NCBI GenBank assembly: GCA_946409515.1
Contig: CAMJWS010000003.1
Location: 60,012-124,011, forward strand
DNA length: 64,000 nucleotides
Direction: 5' to 3'
From: an uncultured Bacillales bacterium
Lineage (GTDB): Bacteria; Bacillota_I; Bacilli_A; RFN20; CAG-826
The translations under genes and the position numbers were made by a program. Position 1 is the first letter of the stretch. Each line of letters opens with the position of its first letter. This document shows positions 9,353 through 19,039 of the stretch, piece by piece. Below the pieces are notes generated by a model. The model worked only from the letters and a program-made list of their open reading frames with translations. It was not told where the DNA came from and made no database searches.

Positions 9353-10408
9353 TTATTTCTTCGCCCCCATTCTAATTCTTGGATCAATGAATCCATACGA
9401 TAAGTCAAAAAGGATACCGGCTAATAAACCAATAATGGTAAAGACAGCCATGTCAACCATTAAGACGTTATAATCTCTTGGAGTATTGCTTAAAGCTTCC
9501 AAGTAAATGCTACCAGCACCTGGAATACCATATAATCTTTCTAAAATAACGGAGCCACCTAAGATACCAATAAATTCAGCAAGTACACTTGGAAGAATTG
9601 GCACGAAGGCATTTCTTAAAGCATGACGTACGATTGCTTGGTTCTTTGTTAAGCCTTTTGTTCTAGCAAGTAACAAATATTCGCTAGACATAACTTCACA
9701 AAGTTCCGCTCTAACACCTCTACCATAGCCACAAATGGAACCGAACGATAGAGATAAGACAGGAATGATGTAACCAAGGGCTCTTGTTGCTGGCGGAGCG
9801 GTTACGCTTGGCCATGAAGGTGGGAGCCAACCAGTTTGATAAGATAAGAAGAAAATTAAGAAAGTAATGACGACGAATCCAGGAATAGAAACAAAAATCA
9901 TGATTAACGTGGAGATAGTATGATCAATCCATGTGTTTTTCTTCAAACCAGCATAGATACCAAGAAGGATACCTAGTGGAACAGAAACTAAAACAACGAT
10001 AATGTTGATAGACATGGACACTGGTAAACGCCTACCAATAAGTCTAATCGCAGAAGTATTGATTTCTAAGGATGTGGATGTACCCCAATCCCATTTAGTA
10101 AAGATGTTACCGAGCCATGAAAAATATTGTTCAAGAATTGGCTTTGGATAAAAGAAATATTCATATTTATCTCTGACAATGCTTTCGATAATATCCATTG
10201 TTGGTTTATAGTGTTCTGTTTCTGGTTTAACAATGACATTGAAATAGCCAAGGTCGACTTGTTTCATGTAGAAAGCCCATCTATCACTAGCACTTGATGA
10301 AATCTTGAGTGATATTGGGAGGGCCTTAACCATGATAAAAGTAAGTGTAAGAATAATAAAGGCGGTTACAAATGCAAGTAAGAGTCTTTTTAGTGAATAC
10401 CTTAACAT
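9353..10408 (-). CDS. oppB: Oligopeptide ABC transporter permease OppB.
   Basis: Six-TM ABC type-1 permease with the conserved EAA region (ARTKGLTKNQAIVRHALRNA). It is adjacent to and co-oriented with oppC/D/F. Confidence 0.85.
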   Translation of the reverse strand: MLRYSLKRLLLAFVTAFIILTLTFIMVKALPISLKISSSASDRWAFYMKQVDLGYFNVIVKPETEHYKPTMDIIESIVRDKYEYFFYPKPILEQYFSWLGNIFTKWDWGTSTSLEINTSAIRLIGRRLPVSMSINIIVVLVSVPLGILLGIYAGLKKNTWIDHTISTLIMIFVSIPGFVVITFLIFFLSYQTGWLPPSWPSVTAPPATRALGYIIPVLSLSFGSICGYGRGVRAELCEVMSSEYLLLARTKGLTKNQAIVRHALRNAFVPILPSVLAEFIGILGGSVILERLYGIPGAGSIYLEALSNTPRDYNVLMVDMAVFTIIGLLAGILFDLSYGFIDPRIRMGAKK

Positions 10409-10447
10409 TAGCTTTCTCCTTTCTCCACTTAAATTAAGCGGCTCCTA

Positions 10448-10476
10448 AATATACCACAAAACAGGCCATTCTTCAA
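10448..10476 (-). promoter_or_regulatory. Candidate internal sigma-A promoter for oppBCDF (-35 TTGAAG, 17-nt spacer, -10 TATATT on the minus strand). A perfect 7-bp inverted repeat CATTCTT-c-AAGAATG (10467..10481) overlaps the -35.
   Basis: Read directly from the sequence between the upstream hairpin and the oppB RBS (GGAGAAAGGAGAAAGC). Confidence 0.3.
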
Positions 10477-10530
10477 GAATGGCAGTTTGTAATACTCATA
10501 TCCTACAAAAATGGTCTGTATTTATCAAGA

Positions 10531-10572
10531 AAAAAATAATAATAAAAGGACCGCATTAAGCAGTCCTTTTTT
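10531..10572 (-). terminator. Intra-operon hairpin plus U-tract (partial terminator/attenuator) between the Big_2 lipoprotein gene and oppB.
   Basis: On the minus strand, GGACTGC/GCGGTCC (AAAAGGACTGC ... GCGGTCCTTTT) is an 11-bp stem with one mismatch and a 5-nt loop, followed by TTATTATTATTTTTTTC. Confidence 0.4.
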
Positions 10573-10586
10573 GACTTTACGAATTA

Positions 10587-11855
10587 TTAGATATCGAATA
10601 GTCTGTCGACTTTTGTGTATTTTTCTCTTGGAGGGACTTCAATTTCGTGTCTATCAGCACTGATTGGATCAATTTGAACGTCGATATCCATAGTCATTTG
10701 ATATTCATAACCATCGATAACATAATTTTTGACGATGTTGAAGTAAAGACCTTCAACTCGATTGTTTTTAACAATCCAAGTAGAATCTTGGGTTGTTGGA
10801 GTTGGGATACCGAATGGGATACCATATTGTCTTTCATCGTCATTATCAGCGGTGCTACTTTCGAATATGAGGTTGCCATGGACGAATAATGAGCCATCAC
10901 CCAAAGTGCCGACTTTTTTACCTTCGACGTTGTCGTATTCCTTTTCAGCGATATCTGTAATATCTCCGAAAGAGGCATTGTCTAACTGATTTTCGAAGAA
11001 GGTATGACCAGAGCTAAATAAGTTATCCAAGATATCATACATTGGTTGAACTCTTTTGCCATCCATATAGTCTTGGGTTGCAGCAGAATAGAATGTCATG
11101 ATATCACCTACTTGGTGATAAACAAGCGTATCGAAATATCTATTTGTATGGAAAATCCAGTCGTAGTTTGTGAAATCAACACCACCATCTGTGACTCTGA
11201 CTTCAGCGTCTGTTTCCAAAATTCTTAAATAAGCATCATCAACGCTGAACACAATCGTCTCATCAGAATAGTCATAAGAGAATTGAACATATGGTGCTGG
11301 ATTGTCTGCAACAGTACCTTCTGGAGAACCTTCTGGAGGTGCGACATATGGACGTTTGGCAAATGTTCTTACAATTCTCTTACGTTGAACCATTTCAGTT
11401 ACTGGGTTTTCACCTTCGTAGTTCTTTAAAGCGGTTGTGAGATCGAGAACATCAGCAGAAGCAACTTCACTATAAACGTTCACTGGAACTGTTCTTTTGA
11501 ATTCAGGATTATTCTTGTCACTGACGACAATTTCTGTTTCACCAGCTTTGACACCAGTAACGAGACCGTTTTCACTAACAGTAGCAATAGTTTCATCTTT
11601 GACTTCGTATTTGACGTTTTTAGCATCATATCCGAATTGTTCTGATGTTTCTAATTGAAGTGTTCCATCAACCATCACTGCTGCGATTCTGTGATTAACA
11701 AGAAGTTCATTTGGATAAACAACTGTATCATTATCGAACGCTTCTACTTGATCAGCTTCTGGAAGAATTATTGGTTCTGATGTTCTTGTGCCGCAACCGG
11801 CTAAAGTAGCAACTGCTAATAATGAAGTGAGGAACAAAACTTTATTGTTTTTCAT
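10587..11855 (-). CDS. Surface lipoprotein with a Big_2-like Ig domain; function unknown. It sits between the oppA-like gene and oppB.
   Basis: Signal peptide plus lipobox LLAVATLAGC. The segment GYDAKNVKYEVKDETIATVSENGLVTGVKAGETEIVV resembles a bacterial Ig-like group 2 domain. There is a good RBS (AAGGAGGA) directly after the upstream stop codon. Confidence 0.5.
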   Translation of the reverse strand: MKNNKVLFLTSLLAVATLAGCGTRTSEPIILPEADQVEAFDNDTVVYPNELLVNHRIAAVMVDGTLQLETSEQFGYDAKNVKYEVKDETIATVSENGLVTGVKAGETEIVVSDKNNPEFKRTVPVNVYSEVASADVLDLTTALKNYEGENPVTEMVQRKRIVRTFAKRPYVAPPEGSPEGTVADNPAPYVQFSYDYSDETIVFSVDDAYLRILETDAEVRVTDGGVDFTNYDWIFHTNRYFDTLVYHQVGDIMTFYSAATQDYMDGKRVQPMYDILDNLFSSGHTFFENQLDNASFGDITDIAEKEYDNVEGKKVGTLGDGSLFVHGNLIFESSTADNDDERQYGIPFGIPTPTTQDSTWIVKNNRVEGLYFNIVKNYVIDGYEYQMTMDIDVQIDPISADRHEIEVPPREKYTKVDRLFDI

Positions 11856-11868
11856 AGTTTAATCCTCC

Positions 11869-14859
11869 TTACTTTTCAGTCCAGTCTTCAGCGTTCTTCG
11901 CAGCTGTTACATAAGATTCGGTTGGTGTGCCTTGTTGGCCATCAGAAGTAATAGCTAAACTATAGAACACATCAATATTCCAATACTTATTGTAGTTTGC
12001 GAGAGTAAATGGTGTTTCGTTGTAGAGTTTTGCATATTTATCTTTATCATCCATATGGTTAGCGTGTCTCATATCAGCATTGATTTGAGCAGCTAATTCT
12101 GGAGTTAAGTGGATGTTTGCAACTAATTCACCTTTAGCGTTAACGCTCTTTGTGAAATCAACATCAACACCGCCGTAACCAACGATGTAGATTTGTACAC
12201 GTGTGAGATCAATTTCCGCCGCATCAGCTTCGATAAACTTGGTTGCGACTGAGAAGTCCATACCATTATAGAAATCGTTCTTTAACGCATCTAAGTAGCT
12301 GATTTCAACTGTCTTAGCAACAGAACCACTCTTAACGATACCGCCGTGATCAGCAACTGACCATAAAGCATCAAATGACCACATTTTGCCATCATAGATT
12401 AATGGTTTTGTTTTGGAAACAACAGATGTATCTGTGCCCCAGTTAAGTGTGAATGTAGAAGAATTATCACTCTTTAAAACTTCTAAGAAGTTAAGTGGAT
12501 TATAGGTGTTGCCAGAAATAGCACCGAAGCCTAAGTCGAACTTACCAACTTGTAAGTGATCAGAATAGACTTTATCCCAAACTGTAACGGCTTGTTGATC
12601 AAGTTCGAGTTTGATTGTGCCGCCAGAGACATCTGGATCATTGAAAGCATCTGTGAAGTATTTTTCGATATCTTCACCGTATTGTTTGATATCACTTTGA
12701 TACATCCACCAAATGTTGATGCTAATCTTGTTTGGTTTATCAACTGAGCCATATTTGAGCTTGCCTTGAGCGACTAATTCTCTAACCGCAGCTTTGAAGC
12801 AAGAAACAGCTCTATCTTTGGAATAACCATAAGTTGGTTTGCCATCAGTATCATATGTTTGATATGCCGCGATAGCGTTCTTATGGGCTTCTGTTTCGTT
12901 ATAAGAAACACCATTTTCTGGGTCACTTAAGTATGAATCAGAGAAGTAGTTGATAGATGGTTGCGAACCACGTTTTGCAGCGAACGTTTTTCTATCAATG
13001 GAATAGAATAAACCATTTAAGAAGTTATCGTTACTCATCCAAGGTTTGCAAATGTATCTATCGGAATCTGTGTGCTTCCATAATTTCTTATTTAAACTAT
13101 CCCACATTTCTTGTGTACAAGAATTAACATTAAGTTTGAAGGTGGAGTCACCTTTTGTTTCGAAAACATCTGGTAGACCAACTTCGACGTCAATATATTG
13201 AGAAGGAATACCACAGCTATCTAAGTCACCGACTTGTTTGAAACGGTCATAGATGGCTGTCGGAGATGATTTGGCAGCTTCGAGGATGAGAATCTTGACA
13301 CCTTCGATGTTGTATCTGCCTGGTTCATTCCATTCTGTATTTCTCTTGAAGAGAATTTGAGCACGTTTTTCCCAACTTTCAAGCATATATGGACCGACAG
13401 AGAGAACTGAGTCACAAATCTTGTTTTGGTGGGCTGGAGCAACACTACCATTATCGTTGAATGAACCGTATCTCTTAGAGCCATCTCTAACGAAGCCGAT
13501 TTGATCCTCAGATGTGCCAGCTTTGTAGCCAAGAGCACGGATAAAATCTTCTGGGATTGGAGAATATAAGTTAGAAGATAATGTGTACATCGCGGTAAAT
13601 CTATCGATAGGATTCAATAATGTTAATTGAATATAGTAACCGTTTGTTTCATCGTGACCAGTAGTAAGGCCTAATTCGCCTTTATTCTTCATGTTGTTCC
13701 AAACATTTAAAGCTTTTTCGTCGGACATATCTTTAACGTTTGTGTTGTTATAGTATCTTTGAGCACCGACGATACCATATGTTTGGTCAGAAGCGATTTG
13801 GGCACCACGGGATAAACCGTGAGAACCAGTAAGAAGGTTACGATAAGCAAATTCGTAGTCTTCGATAGCGACTGGTCTATGATCATAGTTAACACCTTCC
13901 CATGGTGAACCACTATAACGGTATTTGAGACCATCTTCACCAGTTTTAACATAGACTCTCCATGTGCTATAGAGACCTAATGGGTTTGGTTCTTCGTTTG
14001 GTTTGACTTCGTTACCGTTATAAACTGGAATTGGTCTATTAAAGGCTTGGTCAGCACCATCGAATTTAACTGTGTCTTTGGCAAGAACTGGATACCAGAC
14101 ATAACCGTCTTTTGTATCATTCATCTTGGTGCCCCAGTATGAAGATGTAATATAGCCTTCTAAGTCAGAGACTTGACTACCATCATTGTCTCTAGCATTG
14201 ATAAAGAGTGGGTCAGAGGAAGAGGCAGTATGTAAATACATCTGATAGGCTTTGGTTGTTTCTTCGGCCATTGGTTCTTTTATGGAGCCTTCGCTTAATA
14301 AGCCAAAGCCATAACCAGTAATGTATTTATTTGTTGGCAAATTAACACGTGACTTATATTTAACATAACCACCATTTTCGAATAAGGTGATACCTGTTAA
14401 GTGATTATCCATCGCGTTCTTTTCAAGAGCGCCGAGGATTTCGGTTCTCTTTTCAATAGCGGTTTTGCCAGAAGCAGAGGCATAGTTGAAACCGCCATCA
14501 GCTGGAGTAGCGTTAATAACTGTTGCTTCTAATGATCTTGTTAATTCAGATTTGGCTTCCTTAACAGCAATAACTGTTTTACCTTCTGCTAAAGCAGTAA
14601 CTGTACCGTTAGCATTAACAGTAGCAACTGCGGTATCTAAAGAAGTGTATGTGAATTCTCTCACATCTGCTGGATTGCCACCGATTTCGTCAATATTGAC
14701 GTGAGCTTCTTCGCCTTTGTTCATAACGCCTGTGCCACTACTCAAAGAGATAGTGAAGTCGTATGGAGCATAGCTATAGTGGCTACTTGGTTGGCAAGCA
14801 ACAACAGCACCTAATGAAAGGAAGCTAACTGCTAAAATTCCTAATGTAAATTTTTTCAT
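11869..14859 (-). CDS. oppA: OppA-like oligopeptide-binding lipoprotein (~996 aa, mycoplasma-type giant substrate-binding protein) with an N-terminal Big_2 domain. The start is at ATG 14859; the track's start at 15006 overlaps the subtilase gene and is unlikely.
   Basis: Lipobox LSLGAVVAC, with RBS GGAGG 9 nt upstream of ATG 14859. Its position is immediately upstream of oppBCDF. Its size, and a family-5 SBP-like segment (VAIEDYEFAYRNLLT), resemble mollicute OppA. The assignment is by context plus weak motif only. Confidence 0.55.
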   Translation of the reverse strand: MKKFTLGILAVSFLSLGAVVACQPSSHYSYAPYDFTISLSSGTGVMNKGEEAHVNIDEIGGNPADVREFTYTSLDTAVATVNANGTVTALAEGKTVIAVKEAKSELTRSLEATVINATPADGGFNYASASGKTAIEKRTEILGALEKNAMDNHLTGITLFENGGYVKYKSRVNLPTNKYITGYGFGLLSEGSIKEPMAEETTKAYQMYLHTASSSDPLFINARDNDGSQVSDLEGYITSSYWGTKMNDTKDGYVWYPVLAKDTVKFDGADQAFNRPIPVYNGNEVKPNEEPNPLGLYSTWRVYVKTGEDGLKYRYSGSPWEGVNYDHRPVAIEDYEFAYRNLLTGSHGLSRGAQIASDQTYGIVGAQRYYNNTNVKDMSDEKALNVWNNMKNKGELGLTTGHDETNGYYIQLTLLNPIDRFTAMYTLSSNLYSPIPEDFIRALGYKAGTSEDQIGFVRDGSKRYGSFNDNGSVAPAHQNKICDSVLSVGPYMLESWEKRAQILFKRNTEWNEPGRYNIEGVKILILEAAKSSPTAIYDRFKQVGDLDSCGIPSQYIDVEVGLPDVFETKGDSTFKLNVNSCTQEMWDSLNKKLWKHTDSDRYICKPWMSNDNFLNGLFYSIDRKTFAAKRGSQPSINYFSDSYLSDPENGVSYNETEAHKNAIAAYQTYDTDGKPTYGYSKDRAVSCFKAAVRELVAQGKLKYGSVDKPNKISINIWWMYQSDIKQYGEDIEKYFTDAFNDPDVSGGTIKLELDQQAVTVWDKVYSDHLQVGKFDLGFGAISGNTYNPLNFLEVLKSDNSSTFTLNWGTDTSVVSKTKPLIYDGKMWSFDALWSVADHGGIVKSGSVAKTVEISYLDALKNDFYNGMDFSVATKFIEADAAEIDLTRVQIYIVGYGGVDVDFTKSVNAKGELVANIHLTPELAAQINADMRHANHMDDKDKYAKLYNETPFTLANYNKYWNIDVFYSLAITSDGQQGTPTESYVTAAKNAEDWTEK

Positions 14860-14863
14860 CTTA

Positions 14864-17800
14864 CTATTTACCTCCTTTTTTCTTTTTAAAGAATAGTAAT
14901 GAGGCACCCAATAAGGCAGGAGCGCCAATAATGAGTGATAATGAGGCGATTGCACCATTACAGCCTTTCTTGGCTGGTTTTGTTGGATCGTAATCAATAA
15001 CTGCATTGAAGTTAGAAATTACGTATCTAGAATCAATTTGAACGTTTTCACCTGTGTTGGTGTTCACAAATGTGACTTTATTGTCTTCGCCGACTTTGAA
15101 GTCGATGAATGTATCAAGGTCACTGCCTTGAATCATTTGATAACCTGCTAAGAAGTTATCATAGTCATTGAAGTGGACGACACAGCCAGAAGTACCTCTA
15201 GCGTAGTCAACACCACCGATGAACAAACGCTTGTCACCACCATTGCTCATTTCATTGATAGCGTTATCAACGAATTCTTTTGTGGCCTCAGCATAGTACA
15301 TGTTCTTTTCAGCGTCGAAGTTGACATCGACGATGTAGTTACCAATGAAGGCGTGGGACATCTTTTCTTCTTTGAAGTAAGCTCTCACTTGTCTGACACC
15401 TTTGGCATCTTTATATTCAGTGATTGCTTCAACAGTTGGAGCTTCGCCATCAATATGGATATTGTAGGATTTACTGACCCAATTGCCTGTACCGGCTAAT
15501 TGGTAATTAAATTTAAGTTCGTATTCACCACTTTCGAACGCTTTGCCTGTTACTTCGTCGAACAATGGGACAACGGCATAAGCTCTATGAGCGACATAAC
15601 CGGCGGATAAGTAGCCAGCATCAACGTGGGATTTATATAAGGACCATTTGCCAGCGGTATCACCGAATAAGCTATCTGCTAAAGCAGAAGCATAAACTTG
15701 TTGGTTATTGTCTTTTCTTGTAATGGTGAAATAGTTTTCCTTCACAGATCTCAACATAAATTGTTGAATGATCATGATGTTGGATTTTTTGGCATTACCA
15801 AGATAGATATTGTTACCTGGATTTTCAGCATATTCACCATCAGTTGGTCTTGTACCGACTTTGTAGAAGTCTGCTAAACGGTCGAATGATTGATCGTTTG
15901 TGAGGATGGAATCTGTATTGATCTTTTCTGGTCTTTCAGCATAACCAGCAACGATCATGGATTCGAAGTTAACGTTATCTTTACCAATTAAGGATTTAGT
16001 AATGTCATTGACTAAGTCTGATGGATAGACTTTAGTAATATCTTTTTCAAAACTGAATGGTTCTGTAACAGGAGCATTGTCATAAGTTGCATCAGCATTC
16101 TTATCAGCACCCGAATAGAAACCTAAATATGGAATGGAGAGGTCGACTTTGTTGTCTTTACTCTTTAAAGTAACGAAACCTTCGATCATACAACCATATT
16201 CATAGTTTTCTAAGATTTTTTGTTTGGCTTCAGCGCTCAAGGAATAAGGATTGATTGTGACTGTGCTTTCACCTGGAGCAACGGACACTGTTTGACCTTT
16301 GACTTCAGCGATGACAACATCCTTAGTGGATTGTGCTGTGAAGCTTGGAAGAGGTTGCCAATCAACACCTTCGTTAGCGGCATTGTAATAGAAACCTTGT
16401 TTGATAACTGTTTTTCTGCTTGGTTGTTTACCAGCTTTGATGTCAGCTTGGTCTGCTGTCCAAGCTTCTTCTGTAGCGTAGTATTCAATATCTTTAGAAG
16501 CTTTGATTGCGTCTTTATAAGCGATAGAACCAGTAGCAATTTCCATTCTTCTGACGTCTGTGTCAAAGTAGGCCATACCAGAAAGGTTCTTGATGTCATC
16601 AATTTCACCTTTGAAGTTATAGTCTTTTGTGACGATGTTATTTGGTTGAGCAAGAGCTGGTCTCATGACGGTTAATGTGACGTCATAATTTCTAGTTTCT
16701 GTGCTTTCGTTGTGAGCTAAGAATGATAATTTGATATCACCTTTAGCGATGTCTGGATTATTTCTTAAAGCAACTTTGGCTTTGCCAATCTTGTTGCCCT
16801 TTAAGTCTAAACCTTCAAGATAGACATCTGTATTTAATGCACCTGCTAAGTCGGCCATACCAGCACCTTGAATTCTTGGTGAGATAAGGCTTCTGACATT
16901 GGTTTCTGGGTTTTCAGAACCTTCACCATCTGTCATTGGATCAGCAGTAGACATTAATCGCATATCAACTGTTTTTCTGAATTCAGCAATTTGTTCTAAT
17001 TCTTCATTAGTAACTGATCTATTAGCCGCTTTCGCATTGCGGTAGATAGGAGCAGCAACTTCAGAAAGAACAACAGATTGCGCACCAGCGTAGTTAGGAG
17101 CAGACATGGATGTACCACTTAAGTATTGGTAGCATCTATGCCAATATTCAGGTGAGTGAATTTGATCTTGAGTTAAGGAAGTCATTGCGTGTTCTGGAAC
17201 AGCACCTTTGATGTTGTCACCAGGAGCAGTGATTTCTGGTTTAAGATCTAAATCAAATGTCGCACCATCTGTGGAGAATGAGCTTGTTGTATAAGCATTT
17301 GGGTTATCACTAACTTGTTTGTGAATGATACCAAATTGACCACTTGGATGATTGACAAAGTATTCTTTATCTTTGAATAGGATAAGAGCACATGGCATTG
17401 TTGGGTTGAAGCCATCACCGAAACTACAACGGAAGTTGAAGTCGGAAGCGGTTGGGTCATTATTGATAATAACTAAGGCTTTAGCGCCTTGACCAACGGC
17501 TGTGGCATATTTATCAGCGAATGATGTACTACCACGATTAACAACGACGATTTTACCTTGACAATCTAATGTGCCATAATCGGCGAACGTACCGAAACCT
17601 GGGACATATTGATATTCAAGAGATTGAGTATTTGTGAATAAGTCACTAACACGGAATTCATCTCTATAGTCATCTTCCATACCAGGTCTATTGACGATTT
17701 GATCTTCGAAAGCGACATTTCTTTGTCCATCTTTTTCATCTGGAACTGTGAAAGCGTTTTCATAGAAGATTCTGGTTGGGTGACCAGAAGCAATGGTCAT

Positions 17801-18997
17801 TGTGTTAGCGTTATTTGCGTAACTTGACATAATGCCTGTTTCCACCATGCTTGTTGTCCAGTTGGCATAAGCACCTGTGGAGTTGAATGATGTCTTACCA
17901 CTATTACCAGCGGAAATGGCAGATAAGATACCTTCATTGGCAAGTCTTCTTAATGTTTTTAATGTGATGGAATCACCATCGAAGTCATCTAAGTCACTAC
18001 CTAATGACATGTTGATGCCATCAACTTTTAACTTAATGCAGTCTTCAAGTGCGGACAAGATAACTGTATCGTAGGCACCTGTAGAGTTGGTTAAGCCAAT
18101 TGTTTCACCAATGCCATCTTCAGCATTGTAGTCTGTGAAGACTTTCATCAATGCTAATTGAGCTTTTGGTGCAATGCCCTTATAAGTAGGAGCATTAGCG
18201 GCGGTAATGGAAGAAACGTGGGAGCCGTGATATGAGAGGTCACTGTGGACATCATATTTTGGAGTGCCAGCTTTACCATAGGATAAGCTTTCACCACCGT
18301 AGTCAAAGTAGAATGGAACTTTGTTGTTTAAGTACTCAGAACCTTCTTCGCCTTCTTTAGCACGGAATGTTCTTTCCTTTGCATTAAGACCTGGAATGTT
18401 TTTGATTTGAGCGTAAGTGTATTTTACACTGACGCTTTCATCAAGAGCATTATAGACTTCATGGTGCCATTCGGCTTCTGTTTTTGTTTTGCCTCTTAAG
18501 TGGAATTCGTTGTCGAGAATGGCAACGATTGTACCTTCACCATCATTGGTGTCGTTTGGTTTATGCATTGTGGCTGCGGAAATGTTTTCTTCAACTGAAG
18601 CTTCACTTCCTTCACCTTCTGCATCGAGAGCAATATAGCCATCGTTATTGTAAGTACGTTGCCAGTGTAATTTATCAACAGTCACACTTGCAACACCTGG
18701 AACTTCACGAATACGTTCGATATCGTTACTATTCACTTCAAGAACAAAGGCGTTATTTAACTCATTGTAGCATTTTGTGCGTCTGACGTTTGTTGTGGCA
18801 TATTCTCTGATGTTGTTTAGAACAGCATCTTGGGAATTTCTAATGCCTTGCTTACTGAGAGACTTCACATTGCGATTCACTTCAACAATAATTCTCGCAT
18901 CTCTTTCTGGCTGTTTAGCAAGATGAGACGCTGTTAAACCACCGACAGCAATGACTGCCGCACAAGTGGCGCTTAGAATGAATCCAAGTTTTTTCAT
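14864..18997 (-). CDS. Cell-envelope subtilisin-like serine protease (S8 family, lactocepin/C5a-peptidase type with a PA-domain insertion), with an N-terminal signal and a C-terminal TM anchor.
   Basis: Catalytic triad motifs are present: Asp (VAILDNEF), His (HGSHVSS) and Ser (GTSMSAPNYAG). A PA-domain hallmark (GKIVVVNRGSTSFADKYATAVGQGAKALVIINN) lies between His and Ser. The C-terminal hydrophobic stretch is followed by KKKKGGK. Confidence 0.85.
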   Translation of the reverse strand: MKKLGFILSATCAAVIAVGGLTASHLAKQPERDARIIVEVNRNVKSLSKQGIRNSQDAVLNNIREYATTNVRRTKCYNELNNAFVLEVNSNDIERIREVPGVASVTVDKLHWQRTYNNDGYIALDAEGEGSEASVEENISAATMHKPNDTNDGEGTIVAILDNEFHLRGKTKTEAEWHHEVYNALDESVSVKYTYAQIKNIPGLNAKERTFRAKEGEEGSEYLNNKVPFYFDYGGESLSYGKAGTPKYDVHSDLSYHGSHVSSITAANAPTYKGIAPKAQLALMKVFTDYNAEDGIGETIGLTNSTGAYDTVILSALEDCIKLKVDGINMSLGSDLDDFDGDSITLKTLRRLANEGILSAISAGNSGKTSFNSTGAYANWTTSMVETGIMSSYANNANTMTIASGHPTRIFYENAFTVPDEKDGQRNVAFEDQIVNRPGMEDDYRDEFRVSDLFTNTQSLEYQYVPGFGTFADYGTLDCQGKIVVVNRGSTSFADKYATAVGQGAKALVIINNDPTASDFNFRCSFGDGFNPTMPCALILFKDKEYFVNHPSGQFGIIHKQVSDNPNAYTTSSFSTDGATFDLDLKPEITAPGDNIKGAVPEHAMTSLTQDQIHSPEYWHRCYQYLSGTSMSAPNYAGAQSVVLSEVAAPIYRNAKAANRSVTNEELEQIAEFRKTVDMRLMSTADPMTDGEGSENPETNVRSLISPRIQGAGMADLAGALNTDVYLEGLDLKGNKIGKAKVALRNNPDIAKGDIKLSFLAHNESTETRNYDVTLTVMRPALAQPNNIVTKDYNFKGEIDDIKNLSGMAYFDTDVRRMEIATGSIAYKDAIKASKDIEYYATEEAWTADQADIKAGKQPSRKTVIKQGFYYNAANEGVDWQPLPSFTAQSTKDVVIAEVKGQTVSVAPGESTVTINPYSLSAEAKQKILENYEYGCMIEGFVTLKSKDNKVDLSIPYLGFYSGADKNADATYDNAPVTEPFSFEKDITKVYPSDLVNDITKSLIGKDNVNFESMIVAGYAERPEKINTDSILTNDQSFDRLADFYKVGTRPTDGEYAENPGNNIYLGNAKKSNIMIIQQFMLRSVKENYFTITRKDNNQQVYASALADSLFGDTAGKWSLYKSHVDAGYLSAGYVAHRAYAVVPLFDEVTGKAFESGEYELKFNYQLAGTGNWVSKSYNIHIDGEAPTVEAITEYKDAKGVRQVRAYFKEEKMSHAFIGNYIVDVNFDAEKNMYYAEATKEFVDNAINEMSNGGDKRLFIGGVDYARGTSGCVVHFNDYDNFLAGYQMIQGSDLDTFIDFKVGEDNKVTFVNTNTGENVQIDSRYVISNFNAVIDYDPTKPAKKGCNGAIASLSLIIGAPALLGASLLFFKKKKGGK

Positions 18998-19039
18998 AGT
19001 CTACCTCCTTTTTGCATAATTACAAAAATTATAATTGTA

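Noticed and set aside
14860-15006. The track's long N-terminal extensions: oppA-like from 15006, paralog lipoprotein from 35075, uvrB from 43743, dinB GTG 37773, the first gene from GTG 99, GNAT from 23063, and the EAL gene from TTG 26384.
   Set aside because: Each extension lacks an RBS. Several overlap the upstream gene's coding region or a promoter -10. Each contains an internal ATG that is preceded by an SD-like sequence or that begins the conserved N-terminus or signal peptide.
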